Source: an uncultured delta proteobacterium
GTDB taxonomy: Bacteria > Desulfobacterota > Binatia > JACPRU01
Direction of reading: 5' to 3'
Assembly: GCA_963745025.1 (NCBI GenBank)
Contig: CAVUWD010000006.1
Span: forward strand, 96,001 to 160,000
Length of the DNA stretch: 64,000 bases
In this document: positions 52,804 through 64,000 of the stretch, one piece after another
Layout of the letters: every line of letters begins with the position of its first letter
Numbering within the stretch: the first letter of the stretch is position 1
Notes under the pieces: model-generated
Told to the model about the DNA's origin: nothing
The model's database searches: none
What the model saw: the letters and a program-made list of their open reading frames with translations, nothing else
Program-made: the position numbers and the translations under genes

Positions 52804-53002
52804 GGTTTGCGTCCTCCACCTCGACGAGATGCGCGACCTTCTGGATCATGCCGAGAACCGCTGGCGTCTTCGGCAGCAGGCGTTCATCGCCGATGCGCCG
52901 CAGGCCGAGACCGCGGATCGTCTGCCGCTGCCGCTCGGTGCTGCCGATCTCGCTTCCTCGCAGGCGCACCCGGATCTGTGATGTCTGCCCTTCGCTCGCC
53001 AT
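52793..53002 (-). CDS. rpmD: 50S ribosomal protein L30
   Basis: GLGLRRIG...GMIQKVAHLV, operon position. Confidence 0.92.
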   Translation of the reverse strand: MASEGQTSQIRVRLRGSEIGSTERQRQTIRGLGLRRIGDERLLPKTPAVLGMIQKVAHLVEVEDANRAG

Positions 53003-53012
53003 CTTGGTTCCC

Positions 53013-53528
53013 TCAGCCGCGTAGCTCCTCGAGCGACTTGCCCCGCCGTCCCGCGATCTCTTCGGGCAGGCGGAGATTGCGGATGCCCGCGAGCGTCGCC
53101 TTGATCATGTTGTGCGGATTGTTGGAGCCAAGACATTTTGTCAGCACGTTGCGCACGCCCGCGAGCTCGACGACGGCGCGGACGCCGCCGCCGGCGATGA
53201 TCCCCGTGCCGTCGGAGGCGGGCTTCAAGAGCACTCGCCCCGCGCCGAAGATGCCGGTCACTTCAAATGGAATCGTGCCGCCGACCATCGGTACGGAGAC
53301 CAGGCCCCGCTTCGCGCGCTCGATGCCCTTGCGGATCGCCTCGGGCACCTCGTTCGCCTTCCCCATGCCGAAACCGACGTGCCCGTTTCCGTCGCCGACG
53401 ACCACCAAGGCGCTGAAGCTGAAGCGCCGGCCGCCCTTGACCACCTTGGCCACGCGATTGATCGTGACGACCTTCTCCTTGAATTCGAGGCCTTGGGGAT
53501 CGATTCGTTCGATGGGCGGCAGCGGCAT
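53013..53528 (-). CDS. rpsE: 30S ribosomal protein S5
   Basis: [22 protein letters not shown]. Confidence 0.97.
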   Translation of the reverse strand: MPLPPIERIDPQGLEFKEKVVTINRVAKVVKGGRRFSFSALVVVGDGNGHVGFGMGKANEVPEAIRKGIERAKRGLVSVPMVGGTIPFEVTGIFGAGRVLLKPASDGTGIIAGGGVRAVVELAGVRNVLTKCLGSNNPHNMIKATLAGIRNLRLPEEIAGRRGKSLEELRG

Positions 53529-53543
53529 GAGCGAGAGTCTCCG

Positions 53544-53909
53544 TTAGAGCTTGAGGCCCGCCTCGCGGGCGGCATCGGCGAGCGCCCGGATGCGACCGTG
53601 ATAGAGAAAACCGTTACGGTCGAAGATCACCTGCGAGATCGATTGTTCGAGACACTTCTTGGCGACGAGCTCGCCGACCTTTTTTGCGGCGTCGAGCTTC
53701 TTGGCTTTGTCCGCTCCCGCACGAAGCTCGGTGGAGAGCGTCGAAGCGGAGACCAAGGTCTTCCCGGCCTCGTCCGAAATCACCTGCGCGTAGATGTGCT
53801 TGGCGCTGCGAAAAACACACAACCGAGGCTTTGCATCCGTGCCGCGCACGCGGGTGCGCACGCGTTGCTGACGGCGCTTGCGATTGATCGTTTTCACGTT
53901 GTCGAACAT
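53544..53909 (-). CDS. rplR: 50S ribosomal protein L18
   Basis: [19 protein letters not shown]. Confidence 0.95.
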   Translation of the reverse strand: MFDNVKTINRKRRQQRVRTRVRGTDAKPRLCVFRSAKHIYAQVISDEAGKTLVSASTLSTELRAGADKAKKLDAAKKVGELVAKKCLEQSISQVIFDRNGFLYHGRIRALADAAREAGLKL

Positions 53910-53925
53910 CGACGTCTCCCGAAAA

Positions 53926-54477
53926 TCACCCCGCCCCTGTCGTGCCCGCGGCCTTGCCCGCCTTGCGACGGATGGTCTCTTCGGCGTACTTGACGCCTTT
54001 GCCCTTGTAGGGCTCGGGGGGCCGAAGGTCGCGGAGCATCGCCGCCGTCTCACCGAGAACCTGCCGGTCGGCACCCTCGAGCGTGATCACGGTCTGCTTG
54101 TCGACCTTGGCGCTGACTCCGGCTGGCAACTGAAAGATGATCGGGTGGGAATAGCCGAGCAGGAGCTGGATCAGGTCCCCTTTGACCTCGGCCCGGTAGC
54201 CGACGCCGTTGATCTCGAGCACCTGTGAAAACCCCTGATTCACTCCGTGGATCATGTTGGCGAGAAGCTTCCGCGTGAGCCCGTGAATTCCCCGGCTGTG
54301 ACGCGTTTCGTCCTTCCGCTTCACGACCACCTGCCCGTCGCCGATCTCGACGCTCATGGAAGGTTCGATGCTCATGTCGAGCTTGCCCTTCGGGCCTTCG
54401 ACGTGAACGTTCCGGCCGTCGAGCTTGACCTTCACGCTCACCGGCACCTGAATCGGAAGCTTACCAATTCGCGACAT
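53926..54477 (-). CDS. rplF: 50S ribosomal protein L6
   Basis: [14 protein letters not shown]. Confidence 0.97.
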   Translation of the reverse strand: MSRIGKLPIQVPVSVKVKLDGRNVHVEGPKGKLDMSIEPSMSVEIGDGQVVVKRKDETRHSRGIHGLTRKLLANMIHGVNQGFSQVLEINGVGYRAEVKGDLIQLLLGYSHPIIFQLPAGVSAKVDKQTVITLEGADRQVLGETAAMLRDLRPPEPYKGKGVKYAEETIRRKAGKAAGTTGAG

Positions 54478-54487
54478 TTGCCCTTTT

Positions 54488-54572
54488 CCTGTAGCCCGAC
54501 GCCGTCACAGTCGCTCCCGTTGGTCGCGACCAGCTCCGACGGAGTCTCCTACTGAAGTAGCCTGTATCCCGT
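54488..54572. repeat. partial heptamer element between rpsH and rplF
   Basis: Minus strand GGGATACAGGCTAC...GAGACTCCG...GGGCTACAGG. Confidence 0.5.
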
Positions 54573-54581
54573 GACCTCTCA

Positions 54582-54977
54582 TCACCACACCGAGCAGAGC
54601 ACCTCGCCGCCGACGTTCTCCTTGCGCGCCACGCGGTCGACGATCACACCCTTCGGCGTCGATAGAACGGAGATTCCGAGGCCTTTGCGGATCATCGGAA
54701 TCTCGCGACCGCCGACGTACACGCGCAGGCTCGGCCGACTCACGCGGCGGATGCCGGAGATCACCGGCCGGCGAAACTCGTCGTAGCGGAGCGACACCCG
54801 CATGAGCTTCCGGCCGTCGCTGTCGTTGACCGTCACGTCGCGAAGAAAGCCCTCTGCGACGAGCACGCGAGCGAGCGCTTCCTTGAGTCGCGACCACGGC
54901 ACGTCCGTCGAGTCCTTGCGGGCTCGGTTCGCGTTACGAATGCGGGTGAGAAGGTCGGCGATCGGATCGGTCATCAT
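54582..54977 (-). CDS. rpsH: 30S ribosomal protein S8
   Basis: TDPIADLLTRIRN, SRPSLRVY, GGEVLC. Confidence 0.96.
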   Translation of the reverse strand: MMTDPIADLLTRIRNANRARKDSTDVPWSRLKEALARVLVAEGFLRDVTVNDSDGRKLMRVSLRYDEFRRPVISGIRRVSRPSLRVYVGGREIPMIRKGLGISVLSTPKGVIVDRVARKENVGGEVLCSVW

Positions 54978-54988
54978 GAGGTTCGTTC

Positions 54989-55173
54989 CTACCAGCAGGC
55001 CTTGATGAGGCCGGGGATCTGTCCCTTGAGCGCGAGATTCCGAAGGCAGATGCGGCACATTTGGAAGCGGCGGAAGAATGCCCGCGGCCGTCCGCATAGT
55101 GGGCAGCGATTGTGCCGGCGCACCCGGAACTTCGGTTTCCGGATCGCCTTCATCAAATGCGAGGTTCGGCCAC
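54989..55173 (-). CDS. rpsN: 30S ribosomal protein S14, Zn type (1-nt deletion near start)
   Basis: RCPLCGRPR...CRICLR; 185 nt from GTG to stop, one base short of a whole frame. Confidence 0.92.
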
Positions 55174-55191
55174 CGTTCCTCCTCGTTGAGC

Positions 55192-55738
55192 CTACGCCGC
55201 GCGGAACGGCATGCCGAGAGCCTTGAGCAGCGCTCGCCCTTCGTCGTCGCTCTTCGCGGTCGTACAGATGTTGACCGTCAGTCCCTTCACCTTGTCGATC
55301 TTGTCGAGGTCGATCTCCGGGAAGATGATCTGCTCGCGGATGCCGAGCGAGTAGTTCCCGCGCCCGTCGAAGGCCTTTTCCGAGACGCCCTTGAAGTCGC
55401 GCACGCGCGGCAACGCGGCGTTCACCAGACGGTCGAGGAACTCGTACATGCGATCGCCGCGCAGCGTCACCATGCAACCGATCGGCAGCCCCTCGCGCAG
55501 CTTGAAGTTCGCGATCGCCTTCTTCGCCTTCGTGACCACCGGCTTCTGTCCGGTGATCGCTGCGAGCTCCGCCGACCGCCGAGTCGAGGATCTTCGCGTT
55601 CTGAATCGCCTCGCCGAGCCCCATGTTGAGGACGATCTTCTCGAGCCGCGGCACCTCGTAGACGTTCTGGTATCCGCGCTCCCTGCGGAGCGCCGGAATG
55701 ATTTCCGAATGGTAGAGCTGTCTCAGTCGCGCCGGCAT
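55192..55738 (-). CDS. rplE: 50S ribosomal protein L5 (frameshift near 55575)
   Basis: [12 protein letters not shown], then FKLREG...FDGRGNY in another frame. Confidence 0.93.
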
Positions 55739-55755
55739 GTCGTTGCCTTCTTCCG

Positions 55756-56082
55756 TCAGCTGTCGATCTGTTCGCCGCACCGGCGGCACACACGCACGCG
55801 CCTGCCGTCCTCGAGCTGCTTGCGGCCGACCCGCACCGGCTCGTTGCACTTGCCACACAGGTACATGACGTTGGAGATCGGCAGCGGCGCCTCCTTCTCG
55901 ACGATGCCGCCGCCTCCTTGCTGGCCGCGCGGCTTCTGATGGCGCTTGACCATGTTCAGTCGCTCGACGAACACGTGTGCGTGATCGGGCGCGACGCGCG
56001 TCACCTTGCCGGTCTTACCGCGCTCGCGGCCACTCACCACCAGCACCGTATCGCCCTTCTTGATCTTTAGCTTCGCAGGCAT
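55756..56082 (-). CDS. rplX: 50S ribosomal protein L24
   Basis: [16 protein letters not shown]. Confidence 0.95.
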   Translation of the reverse strand: MPAKLKIKKGDTVLVVSGRERGKTGKVTRVAPDHAHVFVERLNMVKRHQKPRGQQGGGGIVEKEAPLPISNVMYLCGKCNEPVRVGRKQLEDGRRVRVCRRCGEQIDS

Positions 56083-56181
56083 TGTTAGCGCAGCCTCCGG
56101 GCCGCAATCCAAACGCGCGATGGGGATGCGGCCCGGTATCTCCTATCTTCGTGCAAGAACGCGATTTCCTACCGTAGTCCT

Positions 56182-56552
56182 TCAGAGCACCTCGGGAGCG
56201 AGCGAGATGATCTTCATGAACTTCTTGGCACGCAGCTCGCGGGCGACCGGACCGAAGATGCGCGTACCGATCGGCTCGTTCTGATTGTCGATCAGCACCG
56301 CCGGAGTTCGATGTCGAAGCGGATGTAGGAGCCGTCCGCGCGACCGATCTCCTTGGCCGTGCGCACGATCACCGCCTTCACGACGTCGCCCTTCTTCACC
56401 TTGGCGTTGGGAATCGCCTCCTTCACGGAAACCACGATGACGTCGCCGATCGAGGCATAGCGCCGCTTCGATCCCCCCAGCACCTTGATGCAGAGCACCT
56501 TGCGCGCGCCGGAGTTGTCGGCGACGTCGAGAATGGTCTCCGCCTGGATCAT
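56182..56552 (-). CDS. rplN: 50S ribosomal protein L14 (frameshift near 56305)
   Basis: ADNSGARK; [13 protein letters not shown]...LAPEVL in another frame. Confidence 0.94.
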
Positions 56553-56714
56553 GAGTCCCTGCTCCGATCGCCGGACCGAGCGATGCGGCCGAGCGCCAAG
56601 TAGCGCTAGGAACGACGACGAGGAATACCCGAAGCGGTATTCCGAGGAGGAGAGACGACGCGATACGCCGGCGATCGGCTGCAGCGCGACGGGAGGCGGT
56701 CGGAGTAGGGACTC

Positions 56715-56984
56715 TCATACCTTCGCCCGCTCCAGCACCAACTTGAGGCGCCAACGCTTGTCACGGCTCAGCGGACGAGTCTCCTCGATTCGCACGCGGT
56801 CGCCGATCTCGCACTCGTTCTTCTCGTCGTGCGACCTTGAAGGTCTTCCGCGCGCGCACGAATTTCTTGTACTTCGCGTGCTGCACCAGCCGGTCGACCG
56901 CGACGACGACCGTCTTCTCCATCTTGTCGCCGACGACCACGCCCTCGCGGAGCTTACGCAGCCGCGCTCCGCGCGAACATTCAT
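56715..56984 (-). CDS. rpsQ: 30S ribosomal protein S17 (compensating frameshifts)
   Basis: [10 protein letters not shown] in shifted frame; HDE...[13 protein letters not shown]. Confidence 0.9.
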   Translation of the reverse strand: MNVRAERGCVSSARAWSSATRWRRRSSSRSTGWCSTRSTRNSCARGRPSRSHDEKNECEIGDRVRIEETRPLSRDKRWRLKLVLERAKV

Positions 56985-57199
56985 GACCGAACCGCGCCTT
57001 TCTTCCCGTCCGTCTCTCGTCGCGCGCGGATCACGGTCAGAACCCGCGCCAGATCCTTGCGCGCGTGCCGTAGCTTCATCGGGTTCTCCGTCTGACTCGT
57101 TCCCTTGCGCAGACGGAGGCGGCAGAGCTCGTCGCGGAGCTCGCGTTCCTTGACCGTCAGCTCGTCGATCGCGAGCTCGCTGAGTTCTTTAGCCTGCAT
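56981..57199 (-). CDS. rpmC: 50S ribosomal protein L29
   Basis: MQAKEL...RKDLARVLT. Confidence 0.92.
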   Translation of the reverse strand: MQAKELSELAIDELTVKERELRDELCRLRLRKGTSQTENPMKLRHARKDLARVLTVIRARRETDGKKGAVRS

Positions 57200-57616
57200 G
57201 GTGTCCGGTTCCCCGCGTGCGGATTTGCGTCGAGAGCGAGAGCTTGCTGCCAGCGAGCGAGAGCGCTTGACGTGCAACCTCCGGCGTCGACGCCTTCCAT
57301 CTCGAAGATCATGCGCCCGGGCTTGATGACCGCCACCCACACCTCCGGTGCGCCCTTGCCCTTTCCCATGCGCGTCTCGGCCGGCTTCTTGGTGAGCGGC
57401 TTGTCGGGGAAGACCCGTACCCAGACGCGGCCGCCGCGCTTGATGTGGCGCGTCAGCGCGACGCGGGCCGCCTCGATCTCGCGGGCCGTGAGCCAACCAC
57501 GATCGACGGACTGGAGCCCGTAGTCGCCGAAGGCGAGGCGTCGAGCCCCGCCATGCCAGCCCTGGCCGGCGTCCCTTCTGCATCTTCCGCCACTTGACTT
57601 TTTCCGGTGCAAGCAT
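57189..57616 (-). CDS. rplP: 50S ribosomal protein L16 (frameshifted)
   Basis: [11 protein letters not shown]; [20 protein letters not shown]. Confidence 0.93.
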
Positions 57617-57625
57617 CGATCATGC

Positions 57626-58290
57626 TCACCCGCCGAGCGCGGCCTGCTGCTCCTCTTCCTGCCGGGTCAGCACTTCGCCGCGGAAGATCCACACCTTGAC
57701 GCCGATCACGCCGTACGTCGTTTTCGCCTCGGCCGATGCCGTAGTTCACGTCGGCGCGCAGCGTGTGGAGCGGCACGCGCCCTTCGCGATACCACTCGCG
57801 GCGCGCGATCTCCGAGCCGCCGAGCCGCCCGCCCGACTGAATGCGGATGCCCTGCGCGCCCATGCGCATCGCCCGCGCCACACGCTTCCTTCATCGCGCG
57901 GCGAAACGCGACGCGACGCTCGAGCTGCAGGGCCACGTTCTCGGCGACGAGCTGCGCGTCGAGATCCGGACGACGGACCTCGTGGATGTTGATGTACGTC
58001 TCCTTACCGGTCATGCGCGTCAGCTCTTGCTTGAGCTTCTCGATCTCGGCGCCCTTCTTGCCGATGACGATGCCGGGCCGCGCGGTGTAGATGTTGATCT
58101 TCGCCTTGTTCGCGGCGCGTTCGATCTCGATCTTCGAGATTCCGGCGTGGTAGAGGCGCTTCTTGATGAAGTTGCGGAGGCGGATGTCCTCGTGAAGCAG
58201 GCTCGCGTAGTCGCGCTTGGCAAACCACCGCGAATCCCAGTTCTCGATCACGCCGAGGCGGAATCCCTTCGGATGTGTCTTCTGTCCCAT
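57626..58290 (-). CDS. rpsC: 30S ribosomal protein S3 (frameshifted)
   Basis: [13 protein letters not shown]; [11 protein letters not shown]. Confidence 0.94.
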
Positions 58291-58292
58291 GC

Positions 58293-58729
58293 CTACTCCC
58301 CTGACGTTTCGTCGAGGACGATCGTGATGTGGCTGGTGCGCTTGAGGAGCGGCGTCGCACGACCCTGCGCGCGCGGTAGGAACCGCTTGAGCGTCGGGCC
58401 CGGACCCACCTACGATGCGCTTCACGAAGAGCGAGTCGACGTCGACGTTCTGGTTGTTCTCGGCGTTGGCGATCGCCGAGCGCAGCATCTTGGCGACGAT
58501 CTTCGCGCCCTTGCGCGGCGTGAACTCGAGCACGGACAGCGCCTCTTCCACACGCTTGCCGCGGATCAGGTCGCACGACGAGGCGAACCTTCTGCGGCGA
58601 GATTCGCACATACTGGCCCAAGGACATCGTTTTCGGACGCAGGGAACGACGCTGCTCGGCGCGGACCCGCTTCTTGGTCCGCCGCTTCGCCTTGTCGACC
58701 CGATCGCTTCCCTTCGATGGAGGTTCCAT
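58293..58729 (-). CDS. rplV: 50S ribosomal protein L22 with basic N-terminal extension (frameshifted)
   Basis: [10 protein letters not shown]; SAIANAE; [15 protein letters not shown]. Confidence 0.9.
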
Positions 58730-58733
58730 TGAC

Positions 58734-59086
58734 CTACGCCTTCGGCGCGGGCGCCGGAGCGGCGGCCGCCGGGGCGGCTGCTCCCGGAGCAATCGCCGCC
58801 CGGGTCGACCTCACTTCCGTCTTACGGTCGCCGGAATGCCCGTGGAAGGTGCGGGTCGGGCGCGAACTCGCCGAGCTTGTGACCGACCATGTTCTCGGTC
58901 ACGTAGACCGGGATGAACTTCCGGCCGTTGTGCACCGCAAACGTGTGGCCGATCATGTCGGGAACGATCGTCGAGCGCCGCGACCACGTCTTCACCACGC
59001 TCTTCTCGATTCGCCTCGTTCAGCGCCTGCACCTTCTTCAGGAGATGCCCGTCGATGAAGGGCCCCTTTTTGATCGAGCGCGCCAT
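58734..59086 (-). CDS. rpsS: 30S ribosomal protein S19 with Ala/Pro tail (frameshifted)
   Basis: [10 protein letters not shown]; [21 protein letters not shown]. Confidence 0.92.
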
Positions 59087-59097
59087 CAGTGTCTCAC

Positions 59098-59922
59098 CTA
59101 CTTCCGTCCTCGCCGCGTGACGATGTCCTTGTCGGTGCGCTTGTTGTGTCGAGTCTTGTATCCCTTGGTCGGGACACCCCACGGCGTCTGCGGGTGATTG
59201 CCCTTCGAGCGCCCTTCGCCGCCGCCGTGCGGGTGATCGACCGGGTTCATGGCGACGCCGCGGACGCTGGAACGCTTTCCGAGCCAGCGTGTACGGCCTG
59301 CCTTGCCGATCGAGATGTTCTCGTGATCGAGATTTCCCACCTGACCGACGGTAGCCCGGCACTCGACGCGGACTCGCCGAAGCTCACCGGAGGGCATCTT
59401 CAGGAGCGCGTACTCCCCTTCTTTGGCCATCAACTGAATACCCGCACCCGCACTGCGCCCGAGCTGCGCGCCCTTGCCGGGCCGGAGCTCGACGTTGTGC
59501 ACCACCGTGCCGAGAGGAATCTGCGCGAGCGGCATCGCATTACCCGGCTTGATGTCGGCGCCATTCCCGGACACGACCTCGTCGCCGACGCCGCAGCCGA
59601 CGGGCGCGATGATGTAGCGCTTCTCGCCGTCGCGATAGTGAAGCAGCGCGATGCGCGCCGACCGGTTGGGATCGTATTCGACCGCTGCGACCCGCGCCGG
59701 AATCCCGTCTTTGTCGCGCTTGAAGTCGATCACGCGGTAGTGTTGCTTGTGACCACCCCCGACGTGCCGCATCGTCATGCGACCAAGGTTGTTGCGCCCG
59801 CCCGTCTTTCGGCGGGGCTCGACGAGGCTCCACTCCGGCTCGCTCCGTGTGATCTCGGCGAAGTCGTAGCCGGTCATGAAGCGGCGGCCCTTCGAAGTCG
59901 GCTTGTACGTCTTGAGACTCAT
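59098..59922 (-). CDS. rplB: 50S ribosomal protein L2
   Basis: [25 protein letters not shown]. Confidence 0.97.
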   Translation of the reverse strand: MSLKTYKPTSKGRRFMTGYDFAEITRSEPEWSLVEPRRKTGGRNNLGRMTMRHVGGGHKQHYRVIDFKRDKDGIPARVAAVEYDPNRSARIALLHYRDGEKRYIIAPVGCGVGDEVVSGNGADIKPGNAMPLAQIPLGTVVHNVELRPGKGAQLGRSAGAGIQLMAKEGEYALLKMPSGELRRVRVECRATVGQVGNLDHENISIGKAGRTRWLGKRSSVRGVAMNPVDHPHGGGEGRSKGNHPQTPWGVPTKGYKTRHNKRTDKDIVTRRGRK

Positions 59923-59928
59923 CGGTCG

Positions 59929-60219
59929 CTACGCTCCCTCGAAGAAATCGATCGTCTGCCCCTCGGCGAGGGTCACGTACGCCTTCTTCCAGTCCGATCG
60001 CTTGCCGCTTCCCTTCGCGGTGCGCCGGCGCTTGCCGAGCAGGCTCACGGTATGGACCTTCTCGACCTTCACCTGAAAGAAGCTCTCGACCGCCTTGCGG
60101 ATCTCGTCCTTGTTGGCGTCGCGCCGCACGCGGAACACGACTTGGTTCGAAGTTTCGTTGACGAGCGTCCCCTTCTCGGTGATGAGGGGCGAGACCAGCA
60201 CTTCGAGAGGATGGCTCAT
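59929..60219 (-). CDS. rplW: 50S ribosomal protein L23
   Basis: PLITEK, WKKAYVTL. Confidence 0.96.
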   Translation of the reverse strand: MSHPLEVLVSPLITEKGTLVNETSNQVVFRVRRDANKDEIRKAVESFFQVKVEKVHTVSLLGKRRRTAKGSGKRSDWKKAYVTLAEGQTIDFFEGA

Positions 60220-60872
60220 GCCGAGAGACGCTCCTGGAGGCTCTTCAGCGCCTCCGCCGTCAGAACGACGTGCTCGTGACCGAGCAGGTCGTAGACGTTC
60301 ACGCCCGCCACCTCGATCACCTTGACGTTCGGCAGGTTCCGCGCCGCACGTTCGAGCTTTGCGTCACCGGTCGCAAGCACGATCAGCGCGGAATGGATGC
60401 CGAGCGCTTCGATCGCCTTGACCATGTCCTTGGTCTTGCCGCTTGCGAGCTCGAGCTTGTCGACGACGAGCAGCCGTTCCTCGCGGTTCTTCGCCGACAG
60501 CGCCACGCAGAGCGCGCGCCGGCGCGCGGTGATCGGCATACGATACGTATAGTCGCGGGGCAGAGGCCCGAATACGGTCGCACCACCCACCCACTGAGCC
60601 GCACGGATACTGCCCTGACGCGCACGGCCGGTGCCCTTCTGCTTCCAAGGCTTCTTCCCGCCGCCGCGCACGTAGGCGCGCGTCTTCGTCGCATGAGTCC
60701 CGCGGCGCCGATTGGCGAGCTGCATCTTCACGCTCTCGTAAAGAAGGTGTGACCGCATCGGCAGAGCGAAGATCGCCGCCGACAGCTCGATTTCGCCGAC
60801 GGCCTGCTTTGCCTGCGAGTAGAGAGGGATGCGGAGCCCCGCCTGGAGCTCCGTCGAAGGCGTTTCAGTCAC
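60216..60872 (-). CDS. rplD: 50S ribosomal protein L4
   Basis: KPWKQKGTGRARQGS. Confidence 0.96.
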   Translation of the reverse strand: MTETPSTELQAGLRIPLYSQAKQAVGEIELSAAIFALPMRSHLLYESVKMQLANRRRGTHATKTRAYVRGGGKKPWKQKGTGRARQGSIRAAQWVGGATVFGPLPRDYTYRMPITARRRALCVALSAKNREERLLVVDKLELASGKTKDMVKAIEALGIHSALIVLATGDAKLERAARNLPNVKVIEVAGVNVYDLLGHEHVVLTAEALKSLQERLSA

Positions 60873-61518
60873 GGACCACTCCCTCGCCCTTCACGGCGGG
60901 CCGGATGAACAGCAGGCCGTTTTTTCCGCCCGGTACGGCTCCGCGAACCAGCAGCACGTTGTCTTCGCCGCGCACCGCGACCACCGCGAGGTTCTGCGCG
61001 GTCACGCGCTCATCGCCCATGTGACCGGCCATGCGCTTGTTCTTGAACACGCGGCCGGGATGGGTACGATTACCGATCGAGCCGCCGTGCCGGAAGTACT
61101 CGTGCGTGCCGTGCGTCGCCGGAAAGCCGCTGAAGTGGTGGCGCTTGATGACGCCTTGATAGCCGCGGCCTTTGCTGACGCCCGTCACATCGACGAGGTC
61201 GCCTTCCTTGAAGAGATCGCCAACTTTGACCTCGGCGCCCACCTCGAGCTCGGCGCCACCACGGAACTCGCGCAAGACGGAGGCCATCTTGCCCGCCTTC
61301 TTGCGGTGCTCGCGCTCCGCTTTGGTCAGGCGTTGCGCCTTCGTTTCGCCGAAACCGAGCTGAATCGCCGAGTACCCGTCCGTCTCGCCCGTACGCTTCT
61401 GCATCACCGTGCAGGGGCCGGCCAGAATCACCGTGACGGGCACGAGTTCGCCGCCCTTGGCGAACACCTGCGTCATCCCGAGCTTCTTACCGATCAGTCC
61501 GAATCTACCGAGTGCCAT
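60865..61518 (-). CDS. rplC: 50S ribosomal protein L3
   Basis: [19 protein letters not shown]. Confidence 0.96.
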   Translation of the reverse strand: MALGRFGLIGKKLGMTQVFAKGGELVPVTVILAGPCTVMQKRTGETDGYSAIQLGFGETKAQRLTKAEREHRKKAGKMASVLREFRGGAELEVGAEVKVGDLFKEGDLVDVTGVSKGRGYQGVIKRHHFSGFPATHGTHEYFRHGGSIGNRTHPGRVFKNKRMAGHMGDERVTAQNLAVVAVRGEDNVLLVRGAVPGGKNGLLFIRPAVKGEGVVRD

Positions 61519-61534
61519 GGCTCTGCCGTGCTGC

Positions 61535-61843
61535 TCACTGCAACTTGATCTCGACGTCTACCCCCGCCGCGAGGTCGAGCTTGCCGAGAGCGTCGATCGT
61601 CTGCTGCGTGGGCTCGAGGATGTCGAGCAGGCGCTTATGGGTTCTCATCTCGAACTGCTCACGTGACTTCTTGTCGACGTGCGGCGAGCGGTTCACCGTG
61701 AATCGCTCGATTCGCGTGGGCAGCGGGATCGGGCCCGCTACCCGGCCGCCGGTGCGCTTCACCGTCTCGACGATGTCCTTCACCGACTGGTCGAGGAGCC
61801 GATGGTCGTAGGCCTTGAGGTGGATGCGGATCTTCTCGTTCAT
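61535..61843 (-). CDS. rpsJ: 30S ribosomal protein S10
   Basis: [24 protein letters not shown]. Confidence 0.97.
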   Translation of the reverse strand: MNEKIRIHLKAYDHRLLDQSVKDIVETVKRTGGRVAGPIPLPTRIERFTVNRSPHVDKKSREQFEMRTHKRLLDILEPTQQTIDALGKLDLAAGVDVEIKLQ

Positions 61844-61850
61844 TTCGCTC

Positions 61851-61942
61851 CGGCTACCGGCCACCGGCCACCGGCTTCCGGCCACCCGCAAGAGACTCCA
61901 CGAAGTCTTTGCCGGTAGCCGGTAGTCGGAAGCCGGTAACCG
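61851..61942. repeat. heptamer inverted-repeat element between tuf and rpsJ
   Basis: (CGGCTAC/CGGCCAC)n-CCGCAAGAGACTCCACGAAGTCTTTG-(CCGGTAG)n. Confidence 0.8.
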
Positions 61943-61948
61943 TCCTTT

Positions 61949-63139
<1,191 letters not shown>

Positions 63140-63177
63140 GTCTCAGCTCCTCCCCGCGCCCCGCCCCTCGGGGCGTC

Positions 63178-63240
63178 CGGCTACCGGCTGCCGCCTACCG
63201 GCTAAACACTCCTGGCTCCTCTCGCGATAACCGGTAGCCG
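63178..63240. repeat. heptamer inverted-repeat element between fusA and tuf
   Basis: CGGCTACCGGCTGCCGCCTACCGG...CCGGTAGCCG. Confidence 0.7.
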
Positions 63241-63249
63241 TCCTTTTCC

Positions 63250-64000
63250 TCACGCTCCCACCGCTTTCGCCGTGATCTCCTCCGAGATCGTCTGCGGCGC
63301 CGGCTCGTAGTGTGAGAACTGCATCGTGTAGGTCGCACGCCCCTGCGTCATCGAGCGTAGATCGGTCGCGTAGCCGAACATCTCCTTGAGCGGTACGTTG
63401 GCGGGGATCACCTGCGCACCCGAGCGGCTCTCCATGCCGTGCACCCTGCCGCGACGGGCGCTCAGGTTGCCGATGACGTCACCCATGAACTCGTCCGGCG
63501 TGACCACCTCGACCTCCATGACCGGCTCCAGCAGCACCGGCTGCGCATGCGCGCAGGCTTCCTTGAACGCCATCGATCCGGCGATCTTGAACGCGATCTC
63601 CGAAGAGTCGACCTCATGGTACGAGCCATCGAACAGGGTCACTTTGATGTCGACGATCGGGTAGCCAGCGAGCACGCCGTTGTCCAAGGCTTCGCGGACT
63701 CCCTTCTCGACCGCGGGAATGTACTCGCGGGGGATCACGCCGCCCTTGACCGCGTCCTCGAACTGGAACCCGGATCCGGGAGGGAGCGGGGAAACACGCA
63801 GCTTGACGTCGCCGTACTGACCGCGGCCGCCGGTCTGGCGTACGAACTTGCCCTGACGTTCGACCTCGCGGCGAATCGTCTCCTTGTACGCCACCTGCGG
63901 CTTGCCGACGTTGGCGTCGACTTTGAACTCGCGCAGCAACCGGTCGACGATGATTTCCAGATGAAGTTCGCCCATCCCGGAGATCAGGGTCTGGCCGGTC
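63250..64000 (-). CDS. fusA: elongation factor G, 3' part
   Basis: [27 protein letters not shown]. Confidence 0.97.
   Translation of the reverse strand, partial: TGQTLISGMGELHLEIIVDRLLREFKVDANVGKPQVAYKETIRREVERQGKFVRQTGGRGQYGDVKLRVSPLPPGSGFQFEDAVKGGVIPREYIPAVEKGVREALDNGVLAGYPIVDIKVTLFDGSYHEVDSSEIAFKIAGSMAFKEACAHAQPVLLEPVMEVEVVTPDEFMGDVIGNLSARRGRVHGMESRSGAQVIPANVPLKEMFGYATDLRSMTQGRATYTMQFSHYEPAPQTISEEITAKAVGA

Noticed and set aside
54989-59086. Programmed frameshifting or pseudogenisation of ribosomal genes
   Set aside because: No consistent slippery motifs; too many essential genes affected in one block; assembly error is far more parsimonious

Overview
GC-rich bacterial chromosome window. 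The proteins look deltaproteobacterial, possibly Binatota (inference only). Region 1 (~1-39.4 kb) is a large phosphate/polyphosphate island. It carries pit + DUF47, two near-identical putative porin genes that bracket arnT-like/phoR-phoB-phoU-pstBACS as direct repeats, two ppk1 paralogues, ppx, a stand-alone Ppx HD domain, CHAD (intact plus an internally deleted copy), a CYTH remnant, sixA, RMD1 and an atypical pyruvate kinase. It also carries a candidate phosphorus-free amino-lipid operon (GNAT acyltransferase, M20 amidohydrolase, PmtA/OlsG-like remnant, PlsC-type acyltransferase), many small unannotated proteins and a 248-nt internally deleted group II intron. At least eight 11-bp-periodic Pho-box-like arrays can be read by eye, several with a -10 hexamer in the canonical register. 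They point at these small genes and suggest an extended PhoB regulon. Region 2 (~39.5-45.7 kb) has Nudix, thrH, GT2 and a carbamoyltransferase/SxtJ/DUF5989/DegT surface-glycan cassette. Region 3 (~46-64 kb, minus strand) is the fusA-tuf-S10-spc-alpha ribosomal cluster. Clustered single-base indels in essential ribosomal genes indicate assembly errors, so the frameshifts elsewhere (pstS, porin 2, ppk1 copy 2, carbamoyltransferase) are probably artefacts too. A dispersed heptamer (GGCTACC) inverted-repeat family occurs five times. All family assignments come from motif recognition by eye, not from database searches.
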